Assembly: GCA_014905635.1 (NCBI GenBank)
Contig: JABVCE010000053.1
Span: 1 to 53,295 of the forward strand
DNA: 53,295 nt
Direction: 5' to 3'
Source: Scenedesmus sp. PABB004
Taxonomy: Eukaryota
Shown in pieces: positions 21,853 to 34,107 of the stretch (position 1 is its first letter; each line of letters begins with the position of its first letter). A program made the position numbers and the translations under genes. Under the pieces are notes generated by a model. The model was not told the origin of the DNA. It did not search any database and was given only the letters and a program-made list of their open reading frames with translations.

Positions 21853-24800
21853 TCACCCCGGGCCCGCGGGCGCCAGCGGCGCCAGCAGCCGCGCGCTGCC
21901 CAGGCGCCCCTGCTGCGCCGCGACCTCGTTGGCGACCAGCTGCACGCCCTCGTCGCCGCCCGCCGGCTCGCATCGCGCGGCGGCGGCGCCGGTCGGCAGG
22001 CTGGCGCTGCTTGGCAGGCGCGGGCTCAGCGCACCGCTCAGCAGGCGCAGCACCTCGCCCAGGTCGGCCGAGCCGCCGGGCACTCCGCCCCCTGCCAGCC
22101 CTGCGCCGCCGCCCTCGACCCCGCCCGCGGGCGCGGCAGCCTCGGGCGGCGCAGCGGCCGTGCCGAGGCCGGCGTTGCCGCCGCCGGCCGGCGCTGCGGC
22201 TGCGTCGGCGGCCAGCGGCTCCGCGCACGGGGGCCGCTGCGCCTCCGCCTGGGCGAGCAGCAGCGAGAGCGTGTCCAGCGCGCCGCTCTCCTGCAGGACG
22301 CCAGTGCCCTGGCCGAGTGACGGCGCCAGCAGGCTGTGGCCGCGCCCGGTGAGCTGCGCCACCGGCAGCTCCTGGCTCGCGCACCGGCTCGGCAGCTGCC
22401 AGCTGGCGCGGCGCGCGCCCGCGGAGGAGCCAGCGGCCGGCGCCGCCAGCCCGCGCGCCGCCGGCGCGGCGCCGGGTGCGGCGGGCGGCGCCGCCCCGCG
22501 CGGCGTGAGCTGCGCGGGCCAGCCGGGCCTGCCGCTGGTGCTGCCCTGCTCCTCGTCACCAGCCGCCGAGCCCTGCCCGTGGCCCTGCTGCAGCGCAAAC
22601 AGCTCTCCCGCATTGAGCGACAGCAGGTTGGACAGCGGCGGCAGGTGGAAGCTGCCAGCAGTGCAGGCCTGCGGCGTGCCGGCACCTGCGCCGAGCAGCG
22701 CCGGCGCCGAGACGCCCAGCAGCGCGGGCGTGAGCGGGCCGTCGGCACTGGCGCGCGGCGCCTGCGCCGGCGACGCCGGGCTGCTGACGGCGCCGTGCCG
22801 GCTGCCGCTGCTCAGTCGCTGCTTCCGCCTGCCGCGCGGCTGCGCCGCGACGCCGCTCTCGGCGACCGCGGGAGGCGCCAGCGGGGGCAGGGCCGGCAAC
22901 CCGCCGGCGCCGCCCGGCCCCGGAAGGCTCACCAGCAGCGCCACGGGGCCGCCGCCCGGGCCCGGCAGGCCGCCGGGGCAGCTGGCCGCACCGGCGCCTG
23001 CCGCGACTGCCGCTGCCGCGGCGGCTGCGCCGCCCGCGTCCACGCGCGCGGTGGCGGCAGGCACGGCAGCCGCGCCGGCACCTGGCGCGCCGCCCGTGCC
23101 AGTGACGGCCGCCGCTGCCGGCGCGGGCGGTGCCGCGGGCTTGGACCGCCGCTTCTTGGGCGGCAGGGCATGCTCAGGCGGCAGCAGCGCGGCGGGGTGC
23201 ACCGGCTCGCCTTGGTCGGCGGCGCCCGGCACACGCGTGGGCCCGGGACTGGGCAGCGGCGCTGGCACCGCCGCCACAGGGAGCCCCTGCGGCGCCACCC
23301 CGCCGCCGCCGTCAGGCGCGCCGAGGCTTCCCGCCCTGCTCGCCTCGTGCGCTGCGCGGGGCGTCGTCGAGGGCGGGATGTGCGGCACCACCGGTGGTGC
23401 CGGTACCGGGGGCGGAGCAGCAGGCGCGGCCTCGCCCGTGCCGCCCCCGCCCGCGCCCGCAGCGCCCGGCGCCGCGGCGCCCCCGCCCCGCGGCATCACG
23501 CCAGACAGGAGGGTCTTGGCCGCGGCGCCCTCCTGGCGGCTGCGCGCGCCGGCGACGCGGCCGCCCCCTGCACGCGCGCCCGCCGCAGGCGAGGCCGCCG
23601 GCCCGATGGCGGCGGCGCCGCCGAGCGTGAAGGGCTGCAGCGCGGGAGGCGGCATGGCGCACAGCAGCTCCAGCGCCCGGAGGCCCCGGCCGCGCCGGGC
23701 CGGGGCGTCGCTGGCGGGCCCGCGCTGGCGCGGCCGCTCGAGCCCCCCGCCGCAGCGGCGGCGACGTCGGGCCCGCGGCCGGCCGCCGGCGCTGCCGCGG
23801 GCACGCTGTCGGGCTTGCGCCGCTGCTGGCCGCTCCGGCCACCAGCGACTGGCGCGGGCACCGCGGCGTCGTCGCCACCGGCCTCTCCGGCAGCCGCCGC
23901 AAAGGGCGACACCATGCGCCGCGCGGGCGGCGGCGGCGCGGCGCCTGCTGCGGCCGGCGGGCCGCCCTGTGCGGCCTCGGCCCTCGCGTGCGGCACGGGC
24001 TGCGAGCACCGGGCCTGGCCCTGGCGCAGCCTGGCGGTGAGCGCCTCCTCTGACGTGAAGCCGAGGCGCTGCGCCGCCGCGGCGTCGAGCCCGGCCGGCA
24101 GCGCGTCGGCCGCGTCCCAAGCGCCACAGGCGACCAGCGCGCGCGCCAGCGCGTCGGCCAGCGCCGCCTCGCCCTGGGCTGCCGCCTCCGCGTCCGCCAG
24201 CTCCTGCTGCGCCGCGTCCAGCCTGCCGGGAAGGGGGCGGCACGGGCACGTGCGCGCGTGGGCGCAGCAGACCGCGCGCCGCCGCCGCGCCGCCCGGTGG
24301 CGGGCCCGCGCGCCGCACCGCGCGCGCAGCGCCTCCGCCTCGAGCTCCAGCTCCTCCAGGCGCTGCGTCTTCTTGGCGCGGCAGCGCTGCGCCGCCAGGC
24401 GGTTCTTCTCACGCCTGTGACCCATCGGCGCGCCCCGATGCGGCGGCGGTGAGCGCATGCGCTGCGCAGCGCTGCGCTGCGCAGCGCAGCGCACCGCGCC
24501 GCGCAGCGCGCCGCGCCGCGCAGCGCGCTCACCTCTGCGCCTGCCGCTCCTCCTTGCTCAGCTGCGACGGCGCGGCGGCGGCGCCGTCCTTGGCGTCCGT
24601 CGCCGCGCGGCCCTGGGACCCCGGGCCGCCCGCCGCGCGGCGCGCGCCGCTGCGTCTCGCGCCGCTGCGCCGCGCGCCGCTGCGCCGCGCGCCGCTGCGC
24701 CTGCCCGCCGCCGCGGAGGGCTCGGCGCTCTCGTCGTCGCTCTCCCCTTGCTCCTCCTCCCCGGCGCTCTCCTCCTCCTCGCTGCTGTCGCCTTCGCTGT

Positions 24801-24984
24801 CGCTGCCCGCGCCGGCGGGGTCGCCGGCGCGTGCGCGCTTGCGCGAACCCCGCGCGCCGCCGGTGGGAGGGGCCGCGCCGCGGCCGCGTTTGGCGGCGCG
24901 CGCCTCGGGCGCCGCGGCCGTTTCGCTGCTGCCAGCGACGGGCGGCAGCGCGGCGCGCGGCGCGCGGGCGCCGGCGGGGCCCAT
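21853..24984 (-). CDS. bZIP transcription factor (start codon and one frameshift near 23690 uncertain)
   Basis: Spliced basic region and zipper LSKEERQAQR|REKNRLAAQRCRAKKTQRLEELELEAEALRA|RLDAAQQELADAE (N-x7-R motif, Leu heptads). Acidic stretch DSEGDSSEEEES upstream, NLS PPKKRR and a long Ala/Pro/Gly-rich C-terminus ending at 21853. Confidence 0.8.
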
Positions 24985-25398
24985 GGCGTGCGGCGCGGCG
25001 GCAGGCGGCCTTGCCCCTGCCGCCGCGGTCGCCGGCCGCAGTTGCGGCGCGGCGCGCGGTCGCCCGCCGCGGCGCCGCACGAGCGCTGCCGCGAGGCCGA
25101 GCGCGGGCGGGGATCGGATGTGTGGGATGGAGTCGGGCCGCCGCGGGGCGCGCGGGCGCCGGCGGCGGCCGGCGTCTGGCGGCGCGGGGGTTTGGGGTTG
25201 AGCCACGCGCCGCGCAATCGACGTCGGGCGCGCGCGCCGCGCAGGCGCACAGCCCGCCGCATCCCGTCACACGACGGCCTGCGCCTTGGGCCCCTGCGCC
25301 GGCGGCGATGCGGCGCCCCTGCGCCGCGGGCGGCGAGCGAGGCGGCGGCGCACCCGCAGCAGCAGCGGCGTGACCGCGCGGCGCTGGGCCGGCGCCAA

Positions 25399-28300
25399 AT
25401 GGCGAGCGCCGTGGCCGTGGACGGCGGGGACACTCCCGACGCTCCAGACGTGCCCTGGCTGGCGGGGGCGGCGCCGGTGTTCGAGGACGCGTTCAGGGCC
25501 AACATCAAGGCCTTCCTGCGCACCTGCGCGCGCAAGGTGCCGCTCAACGGCCTCCGGCGTGCGACGGCGTACGTGGTGGACCTGCACTCGCGCGTGGGCG
25601 GGCGCGCGGGCGTCACGCGGCTGCACATCTACGAGGAGGGGCTGGACGAGAAGGACGGCCTCGTCTGCGACCAGTGCCGCTGCATGGGTGCGCCCCGCCC
25701 GCGCGGCAGCGCCCACCCGCGCGCAGGGCGCGGCGGGCCAGCCGCCGGGCGCGGCGCGGCACGCGCGCGGGCGCCGCGCGCGCCGCCGCCCGCGGCGCCG
25801 CCGCTGCTGCTCACCCGCCGCGGCCGCCGCCGGCGCCGCCGCCAGGCTGGCAGAGCCACCCGGTGTGCCTGACGCGCTACCACGTGATCATCCCCGCTGA
25901 GTCGGCGCTGGACGACCCGGCGCAGCTCGTGTCGGTGGTCGATGGCAAGGCGGCGGGCACGCTCCCGCTCTCCGCCAAGTGGGCGCCGCCGGCCGAGCCC
26001 GGCGGCGCCGCCGCCGACGAGGCGGGGCCGTACAACGCCGCCGCGAGCGTGTTTGAGAGCCAGGACCACCTGCTGCACGGCCTGCTGCACTCCAACGGCT
26101 TCGGGCACCTCCTGCGCATGAACGGCGCCCAGGGCGGCTCGCGGCGCCTCGTCGGTGCGGCGGCGGCGCGCGGGGCGGCGGCAGCGCAGCGCAGCGCAGC
26201 GCAGCGCAGCGCAGCGCAGCGCGGCGCGGCGGCAGCGCGGCGCCGACCGCCCGCCCGCCGTCGCGAATGCGCAGGCAAGCAGCTGCTGGGCGTGTGGGAC
26301 GCGCTGTGCGCGCTGCTGCGCGTGCGGGAGGTGTCGGTGGAGGACGTGAGCACCAAGTGCGGCATGCTGCTGCGCCTCCTGCACACCGCCGCGCACGGCA
26401 CGACCTGGTGCGGCGGCGCGGGCGCGATACAGGGTCGTGCGGCCGCACGGCGGCGCGGCCGCCGACCCGCGGCACGCGCACGCGCGTGCATTGCCGCCTG
26501 CGCCTAGGTACGGCAAGCTGGGCTACGGCTTTGGGCGCGGCAGCTACGGCATCAGCGCGCAGCAGTACGCGGCGGCGGTGGCGGAGGTGCAGGCCGCGCC
26601 GCTGTCGGGTCTCGCGGCCGACTTTGAGGCCGCCCTGGGGCCGGGCACGCCGCTGCCGCGGCTGCTGCAGCACTACAGCACGCCGGGTGCGCCGCGGCGG
26701 TGCCCGCAGCGCCCACGCCGAGCCCGCGCCCGCGCCGAGCCCGCGCCCACCCCGCCGCCGCCTGCCCGACGCCGCAGACGAGCCGCTGTCCACGCTCGGC
26801 GAGCTGTTGCGCCGCCTGCTGGCGTTCAGCGCGCGGCCCGCGCTGCTGGCGCGCCTGCGGCCGCCGCCGTGGGGCTGGGCGGAGCCGCCGCCGTACGCGC
26901 AGCAGCTGCTGCTGGGCGGCGGTGGGCCCGTTGCGCGGGCGCGCTCGGGCGGTGCCAAGGGTGAGCGGCGTGGACCTGGGCGCGCGGCGGCGGCGGCGCG
27001 GGCCGTGGCCGCCTGGCTGCCCGCTGAGGCCGCCCACACGCCGCCGCGCCCGCAGGCAAGCGCGGGCGCTCCCACTCCGGCAGCCCGCTGCCTCCGCCGC
27101 TGGCCGGCATCGGCCAGGCCGCTGCCGCCAAGCAGCAGCCGGCGCCTGCCGCAGCGCAAGGCGGCGCGGGCAGCGGCGCCGGCGGCTCGGTCGACGCCGT
27201 GCCGGTCGCCAAAGCCGGTGGTGCCGCGGGCGCAGCGTCCGAGCCCGCCGACTCTGCCGCTGAGCTGGCAGGAGGGGCGGGCGCCGTGCCCACGGCGAAG
27301 GCGGGCCGCAAGCCCCCGGTCAAGGCAGCGCGCCAGCGCGGCGGCAGCGGCGGCGCGAGCAGGCCCAAGGCCGCGCCTTCAGGGGGCGCCGCGAGCGAGC
27401 AGCAGCAGCAGCCGGGCGCGGGGGGCGAGGCCGCAGCGGCGCCGGCCGAGGCGCCCGCCACGGCGGGGGCGGGCGCAGCGGCGCCGCGCGGCCGCGGTGC
27501 CTCGTTCTGGGAGCACCACGCAGCGGGCTGGCGGCGCAGCGCGGCGCTGCTTGGCATCGTCGGCGGGTGTGAGGCTGACGACGAGGCGCCGGACGACGGG
27601 CAGCCGGCCAAGAAGCGCAAGGCGTCTGCGGCGGCGGCAGCTGCCGCCGGCTCGCGGCCTGGCAGCGGCAGGCAGCTGCTGCGCTCGCCGCAGCGGCCGG
27701 GGCAGCTGGAGGTGGAGGGTGAGGCGGCTGCAGCGAGATGCGGCGCCGGCCCGGGCAGCACGCCCGCCAAGGGCCCCCGCAGCCACCGGACGCCGCCCTG
27801 GGCGCAGCAGAGCGCGGCGGGCGGCGCAGCGGCGCCGCCCAGCCCGGCTGCTGAGGTGCAGCAGGGCCTGGTCGCTGGTGGCGCGGAGGCGCCCGGCGGT
27901 CGGGCGCAGCGCGGCAGCACGGCGGGCGGTGGCGCTGGCAGGCGGCGGCCGGGCAAGGCGCAGCCGCACCAGCAGCAGGAGCAGCTGGTGGACGGTGAGC
28001 AGCAGCAGTCTGGAGAGCAGCCCCAGGCAGCCGCTGGTGCTGCTGGCGGCGCCAGCAGGCGCCGGCCCGGGCGCGAGAGCGGCGCCTTGCCGGCGGGCGC
28101 GCCACTGGCGGAGGCGCAGCCGGCAGGGACGGCTGCGGAGCCTGGCGCGGGGCCCGCATCGCGGACGCGGCACCGCAACCACCATGGCAGCGAACCGGGC
28201 GGCCTTGCGGAGGAGCGGCAGCCGGAGCAGCCGCAGCAGCAGGCGGCGCGCGCCAACGGCCGGGCGGCGGCCGCCCCGGCGCCGCGCAACGGGGGCAAGC

Positions 28301-31300
28301 TCGCTGCCGGCACCCCGGCCGCTCGGGCTCGCGTCGCCAAGGCCAGCACGCCGCCGCCGCCGGCGTCAGCGCCGCTGCCCAGCGGCGACTCGACGCCCGC
28401 CTGCGCGGCCGCCGGCGCGGCCGACGACGCGCTGGCGCCTGGCAGCACGGGGCGGCGGCGCGACACCGACTGGTCGTGGCTGCAGTTTGTGCCGCGCCGC
28501 GCGACGCGCGGCCATGCGGTGGACTGGCAGCCCGACCTGGGCGGCGAGGCGCTGGACGCCGCCCCGCCGTCGCCGCACGCCGGCGCGGGACCGGGTGCCA
28601 CAGCACCCGCCGGCACGCCCCCGCGCGGCAGGCAGCCGTCCAAGGTGAAGCGGGAGCCGGGGGGCGACGGGGTCGACCAGCGCGGCGCGCCTGCCGCCTC
28701 TGCGGCAGCGGCAGCAGCCTCGGCGGCGCCAGCGCCGACGCCGCGCGGGCGGCAGCTCACGCCCAGCGCCAAGGCGCCGCCGGCGGCCGCGGCCGCGGAG
28801 GCGGTCGCGGCGGTCAAGCAGGAGGGCGACACGCAGCACGCGACGCCGGCGGGCAAGGCGCAGCGTGGCAAGGCGGGTCGCGGCAAGCAGGCGGCTGGCG
28901 CGCAGGCGCCAGAGCCCGACCTGGAGGCAGCGCCCGCGGCAGCGGCGCCCGCCACGGCAGCGGGCGAGCAGGGCGCGGCGGTGAAGCAGGAGCCCGGCGC
29001 AGCAGCGCACCCGGGCGCTGTTGGCGGCCGCTCGCGGCGGCGCAGCACGGGCGGCGGCGGCGGCGGTGGCGGCGGCGGCGGGGACCCCGTCGCTGCGCCC
29101 AGGCCCTCTGGCGCCCGTCAGCGCCGGCGCAGCATGGACGGCAGCGGCCCTGCCGCGGCGGCAGCCGCCGCGGCTGCCGCCGGCGCCTCGGCCGCCGGAC
29201 GCGCAGCGCCGCAGCAGCCCGGCGCCGGCCCAGCTGCGCTCGCCGAGCCCGCCGCCGCGGCCACGCCGGCCGCGCCGCCAGGCGCCGCCGCGGCGGGCGC
29301 CCGGGGCGCGCCCGCGTCCGGGGGCGCTGGCGGCAGCGCCGGCAAGGGCGGCAGCGGCGGCAGCGGCGGCGGCAGCGGCGGCAAGAAGAAGCGCCGGCCG
29401 GGGCTCTTCAGCAGCAAGGGCAAGCACCGCGGGTGGCGCTGGGTGGTCAAGCCGCAGTATGTGCTTGACGAGGAGGCTGCCCACCGCGCCGCGCTGGAGG
29501 CGGGCAGGGCCGCCAAGGCGCTGGGCGCCGGCCCCGACGCGGCCGCGGCGGCGGAGGCCGCGCGCGCCGCGTGGCACGCCGCGCGCGCGCACACCGCGGC
29601 GGAGCTGGCGCGCGCGGAGCGCGAGGCGGCGGCGGCGCGCGCCGAGGCGCGCGCGGCGGCCGCGGCGGCGGCTGCGGCGGAGGGCGCGGCGCCGGGCGGC
29701 AAGGCCGCCAGGCAGCAGGGCGTGCAGCTCAAGGCGCCGCGCCCTCCGCTGGCGGTCAAGGGGCTCGGCCGCGGCGGCAGCGGCGGCGGCGGCAGCGGCG
29801 ACGCAGCGTCCGACGGCATCGCGGCGGCGCTGCTGGGCGTCAGCCTGCACGGCCGCAAGCGCCGGGCCAGCGCGGCGGCGCTGGAGGCGGTGGAGGACGC
29901 GGACGCCCTGGCGGCGGCGGCGTCGGGCGGCGGCGCGCCGGGCGCGCGGCACTCCAAGCGCGTGCGCGCGGCGCCCGCGGACGGGCCTGTCGGCGGCCTG
30001 CTGCTGGGCGCCAGCGCGACGCGCGCGCTGAGCATGCTGGTCGCGTCCGGCGGCAGCGAAGGCGGCGAGCCGCCGCCCGCCCGCAGCAGGGCTCGCGGCG
30101 GCGGCGGCGGCGGCGGCGCGCGCCGCGCCACGCTGCTTCGCTGCCCCTCGCTCGACGCCTGCGACGGCGCGCCCGCGGGCGAGGGCGGCCGGCACGGCAG
30201 CGAGCCGCCCGCCGAGCTGCCGACGCCGCACCACCCCGACCTCGCCGCGGGGCTGCCGCCGTACAGCGTGCCTGCCATCCGCACAGCCGACCTGGTGCTC
30301 GCGGACCTGCAGTACGTTTACAACAACGCCCTGCTGACCTACGCGCCCGCGGCGGCGGCGGCGGCACGCGCGCGCGACGCGCAGCGGGCGGCGCCCGCCG
30401 AGCTGCCGGCGGCGCACGACGCGGCGGCGGCGGCGGCGGCGGCGGCGGCCGCCGCGCCCAAGAGCGGCGGCGGCGGCGCGCGGCGGCGCGGCGGCGGCGC
30501 GCCTGGGGCGGGCGCCCCTGCCGCCGAGGGCGCGCCCGAGCCCGGCGCGCGCGCCGCGGGCGCTGCGCCGCGCGGCGGCGCCGCGGGCAGCAGCGCCGCG
30601 GCCGCCGCGGCGGGCGCGGGCGCGGCCGCCGCGCCGCCTGGGCTGCTGGCGCTGCCGGGGCTGGCCGCCGCCGTGGGCGTGCTGCGTGACATCAAGCACT
30701 TTGTCAAGGACTACGGCGGCGAGGCGGGGCCGCCGCACGCCGCGCCGCAGGCCGCGCTGCTGGGCGGCGCCGGCAAGACGCCTGGCAGGAAGCAGGCGGC
30801 GGCGCGGCGGCGCGGCGGCGGCGCGGCGGCGCCCGAGGCGGCCGCGCCGGACCCGCCCGAGGTCGCGCCCGAGGTCGCCACCGCGCTCGCGGCCGCGGGC
30901 TTCGACGTGCCTCCGGCAGGCGGCGGCGGCGCCGACGACGCGGCGCCCGTGCGGCTGCTGGTGCAGGTGCGGGCGGGCGCGTTGCCCTGCGCCCCCTCCC
31001 CCCTCAGCCCCCACACACACCGACGCCCCGCCGCGCCGCGCCCGCCTGCAGCTCGACCTCACCGCCTCGCACCTGCTCGACGTCTGCGTCGTCAAGCTGC
31101 CGGGCGGCCGCCTGCTGCAGCGCCCGCGCTCGCCGCACCTGACGCCGGCGGAGCTCGTGCTCGTGCGCCCGCGCGCGCCGCTCGCCGAGGTGCGGCGCGC
31201 GGTGGGCGAGGCCTTTAGCCAGGTGTACCGCCTCGCGGTCGGGTGGCGCTGCGAGCAGCTGCTCGGCCTGCCGCCGGGCGCGGTCGACGCGGGCGGCGGC

Positions 31301-31687
31301 GGCGCCGGCGGCGGCGGCGCGCTCGCGCCCGGCGCGGCGGCCGCACTGCGCGGCGTCACGCTGACCGCGGTCGGGGCGGGGCTTGACCCAGAGCGCCGCT
31401 TCCGGCACGCCGGCGGTGTGGAGGACTGGGCGGTGTCGTGCGGCTGCGGCACGACCGACGACGACGGCGAGCACATGATCGTGTGCGACGGCTGCGGCTT
31501 CTGGATGCACACGCGCTGCGTCGGCGTGCCCGACGACGGCGGCGAGCCGCCGCGCTTCGTGTGCGCGCCCTGCCGCGCCGCGGGCCGCGGCGGCGCTGGC
31601 GGCGGCGGCGGCGCCGGCGGCGGCGGCGGCGGCGCCGGCGGCGGCGGCGGCGCTGGCGGCGCGGGCGGCAAGCGCGGGCGCGGCTGA
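25399..31687 (+). CDS. PHD-finger protein of the MALE MEIOCYTE DEATH1 / MALE STERILITY1 family
   Basis: Family N-terminal motifs FRANIKAFL, CDQCRCM|GWQSHPV, RYHVIIP, HLLHGLLHSNGFGHLLRMNG, WDALCALLRVREVSVEDVS, W|YGKLGYGFGRGSYG. Later DIKHFVKDY, PAELVLV and C-terminal PHD CGCGTTDDDGEHMIVCDGCGFWMHTRCVG...FVCAPC. Stop 31685-31687. Confidence 0.9.
26181..26222. repeat. (GCAGC)n pentanucleotide microsatellite in an intron
   Basis: About 8 tandem gcagc units. Related runs occur at ~24459-24492 and ~47407-47422. Confidence 0.85.
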
Positions 31688-31907
31688 CCGTCAAGAGCGG
31701 TTTTGCGAGCGCCTGCAACACCTGTCGCGCGCCGCGGCCACGTCGGCAGTGCTGGACCAGCGAGAGCCTGCTCGTCTGCCTGCTCGTCTCTTCCCCTCAA
31801 GTGGGCAGGCAGCCGCAAGAGAAGCAGCACAGCCGCGCGTCGCGCCGCCGCCGAGCGAGTGCCGAGCGAGTGCCAGCGACCGCCAGCGCGCCGATCCGCT
31901 GCTGCGA

Positions 31908-33043
31908 ATGGCCGAGCCGTTCACGGCCGTGGGCTGGGGCGCGATGGCAGACCCGGCGGCGAAGCCCGGTGCGGCGAGCTGGGAGCGCCGCATGCATGGC
32001 GCCGCCGCCGCTGCGCACCCGCTGCTGCTGCGCCCGCTCCTGCCGCCTGCTGTGCGCACGTGCATTCAGCCGTGACTGGCACGTCAGCGCCGACCCGCAG
32101 CCGCCCACTCCCGCCGCACCCGCCGCCCACCCGCCGCACCCGCCGCTGCTCGCGCGCCCGAGCAGGCGGCGCGCTGCCGCCGGACGTGATCCAGGCCTTC
32201 CTGCAGGCGCGCGCCGGCTCGGACGACGCGGACGCCGCCGGGCCGCGCGCGCTGGCGAGCGCGTCAACCGTGGAGGGCGACGCCGCGGCGCTGGCGTCGC
32301 TCAGCCGCAGCAGCAGCAGCCACCTGCACGAGGCGCCGCTGGTCAACCCGTTTGCGGCGCCCGGCGGCGGCGCCGACATCGGCGCGCGCCTGCCGCAGCA
32401 GCAGCTGCTGCGGGCGGCGCAGCCGTCGCCCGCGCCGCCGCCGCGGCGGCCGCGCAGGTCGCTCGCGGCGCGCCTGCTGCGAGGGCTGGCGATCGCCGGC
32501 GCGGCGTCGGGGCTGGTCGCCGCGGGCGCGTGGGCGGGCACGACCGCGTACCGCCGCTATGTCGCGTCCCTGGACGACCGCGAGCAGCTCGCCCGGCGCG
32601 TCGCCGAGCTCGCCAGGCAGGAGGAGCGGCTCGTGCTGCGCTGCACGGCGCTGGAGCAGGAGCGCGCGGGGCTGACGGACGCGCTCGCGGCGGAGCGCGC
32701 GGCGGGCGCGGACGGCGCCGCGGCGCGGCGCGCGCTGCAGTCGCAGCTGTCTGCGGCGCGCGCGGAGCGCGAGCAGGTGGTCGGGCTGAACCTCAAGCTT
32801 CAGGCGCGCCTGGCGGCGCTCGAGGAGGCGCACGCCGCGCTCGGCGCCGCCCTGAAGGACGCGCAGGCGGAGCGCGACGCGGCGCGCGCGGACGCGGCGC
32901 GCCTCGGCCGCGAGGCTGCGGCCGCTGCGGCGGCGGGCGAGCGGCTTGAGGCGCGCGCCGCGGCGGCCGAGGCGGCGCGCGCCGAGGCGGCGGAGGAGGC
33001 CGCAGCAGCGCGTAAGGCGGCGCGCGCGGCGGCGCACGCGTGA
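31908..33043 (+). CDS. Single-pass membrane protein with C-terminal coiled coil, unknown function
   Basis: Exon 1 31908-31968 (MAEPFTAVGWGAMADPAAKP), phase-1 GT-AG intron 31969-32165, exon 2 in frame. Hydrophobic segment LLRGLAIAGAASGLVAAGAWAGTTAY followed by about 150 aa of E/R/A/L heptads. Confidence 0.75.
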
Positions 33044-33064
33044 GGCGGCCGCGCGCTCCTGTCG

Positions 33065-33574
33065 GGCTGCGCGCACTGCAACAGGCGTCCTGCGATGGCC
33101 CGGGGCGCGCTTCGGCGCGGGAGTCCGCCCGCCCGCCGGTGGTGCTCTGGCCGACAGCGGCTGCTGGGGGCGTGCCGCGGGGTTTGTCGTGGTCGGGGAC
33201 GCGTGTGGGGCTTCCAGGGCGGCGGGCGGGTCCCGGGGGGGCCGTGCGCGTGGGCCCTGGTATCGCGCGCGTCACGTCAAGCGGCGCCACTCTCAACCCA
33301 GGCCTCGGAGCCATGCTTGCAGGGCCCCAAAAGTCAGCCCGACGCGGGACTGGGCTCACGCCGCGCGCCCGGCTGCCGCGGCGGCGCGGTCGCGATGATG
33401 GTCGTCTGCCGTGGCGGGCCCGCTGACCGCGCCCGCCCCGGCTCCGCCGCCCCCGCCGGGCGCGCCGCTCGGCGTTGGGGCAGCCAGGCAGGAGGCCCCA
33501 ACACCAGCCGGCGCCGGGCGGCGGGCGGGGCGCGGGCGGCCGGGCGGCGGACGGCGGCGCGGCCGGCGGCGCGG
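33065..33574 (+). repeat. Left arm of a ~510-bp near-perfect inverted repeat
   Basis: Reverse complement of 37295-37805. In the segments compared by eye I found one difference, a 1-bp indel in a G-run near 33238/37631. Weaker similarity continues inward to ~33621. Confidence 0.97.
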
Positions 33575-34107
33575 GGCGGCGGGCGGCGGCAGGGCTCAGG
33601 TCCGCGACGCCGACGCGGCGGTCCGACGGAGCTGGGCGTCGCCAGCGTCGGCCCGACGCGTCAACGCCGGAAAGAGCTCGCACGTGGGACCTCGGCAGCA
33701 GTGGCCGCCACCTCCCGGCCAGCCCGGCCCCGTCCGATCGCGCGAGTTCGCTCTCCACGCGCTCCAACGCCCATGAGGCTTCACAGCTTGACGCGCCGCT
33801 GCGCAGGCCGCGGCAGCAGCGCGTAGGCCGCGGCAGCAGCATGCGGCAGTCACTTGCTGCCTGATCGGCCATGCCGCGACCTACCGCGCGCCGGCAGTGG
33901 TGAGGGGGACCCGCGTGTGCCGCAGCTGGGCCGGCAGCGCGCCCCGCGGCGCTCGCTCGCAGACACAGCTCCGCCGCTGCTGCCGCCGCCGCTGCTGCTG
34001 CCGCTCCCCGCCCGGCAGGCGCACCGGCCTGGCCGGCCAGCGGCGGCGCAGGGGCCGCTGCTGAGCCGCCGCCGGTGGTGGCGGCGCCGGCCCCAAAGCT
34101 GGCCGCG

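Noticed and set aside
31908..33043. PEX14 assignment for the TM plus coiled-coil protein
   Set aside because: Similar layout, but the Pex14 N-terminal signature (FLxxKGLxxxEI) is not visible.
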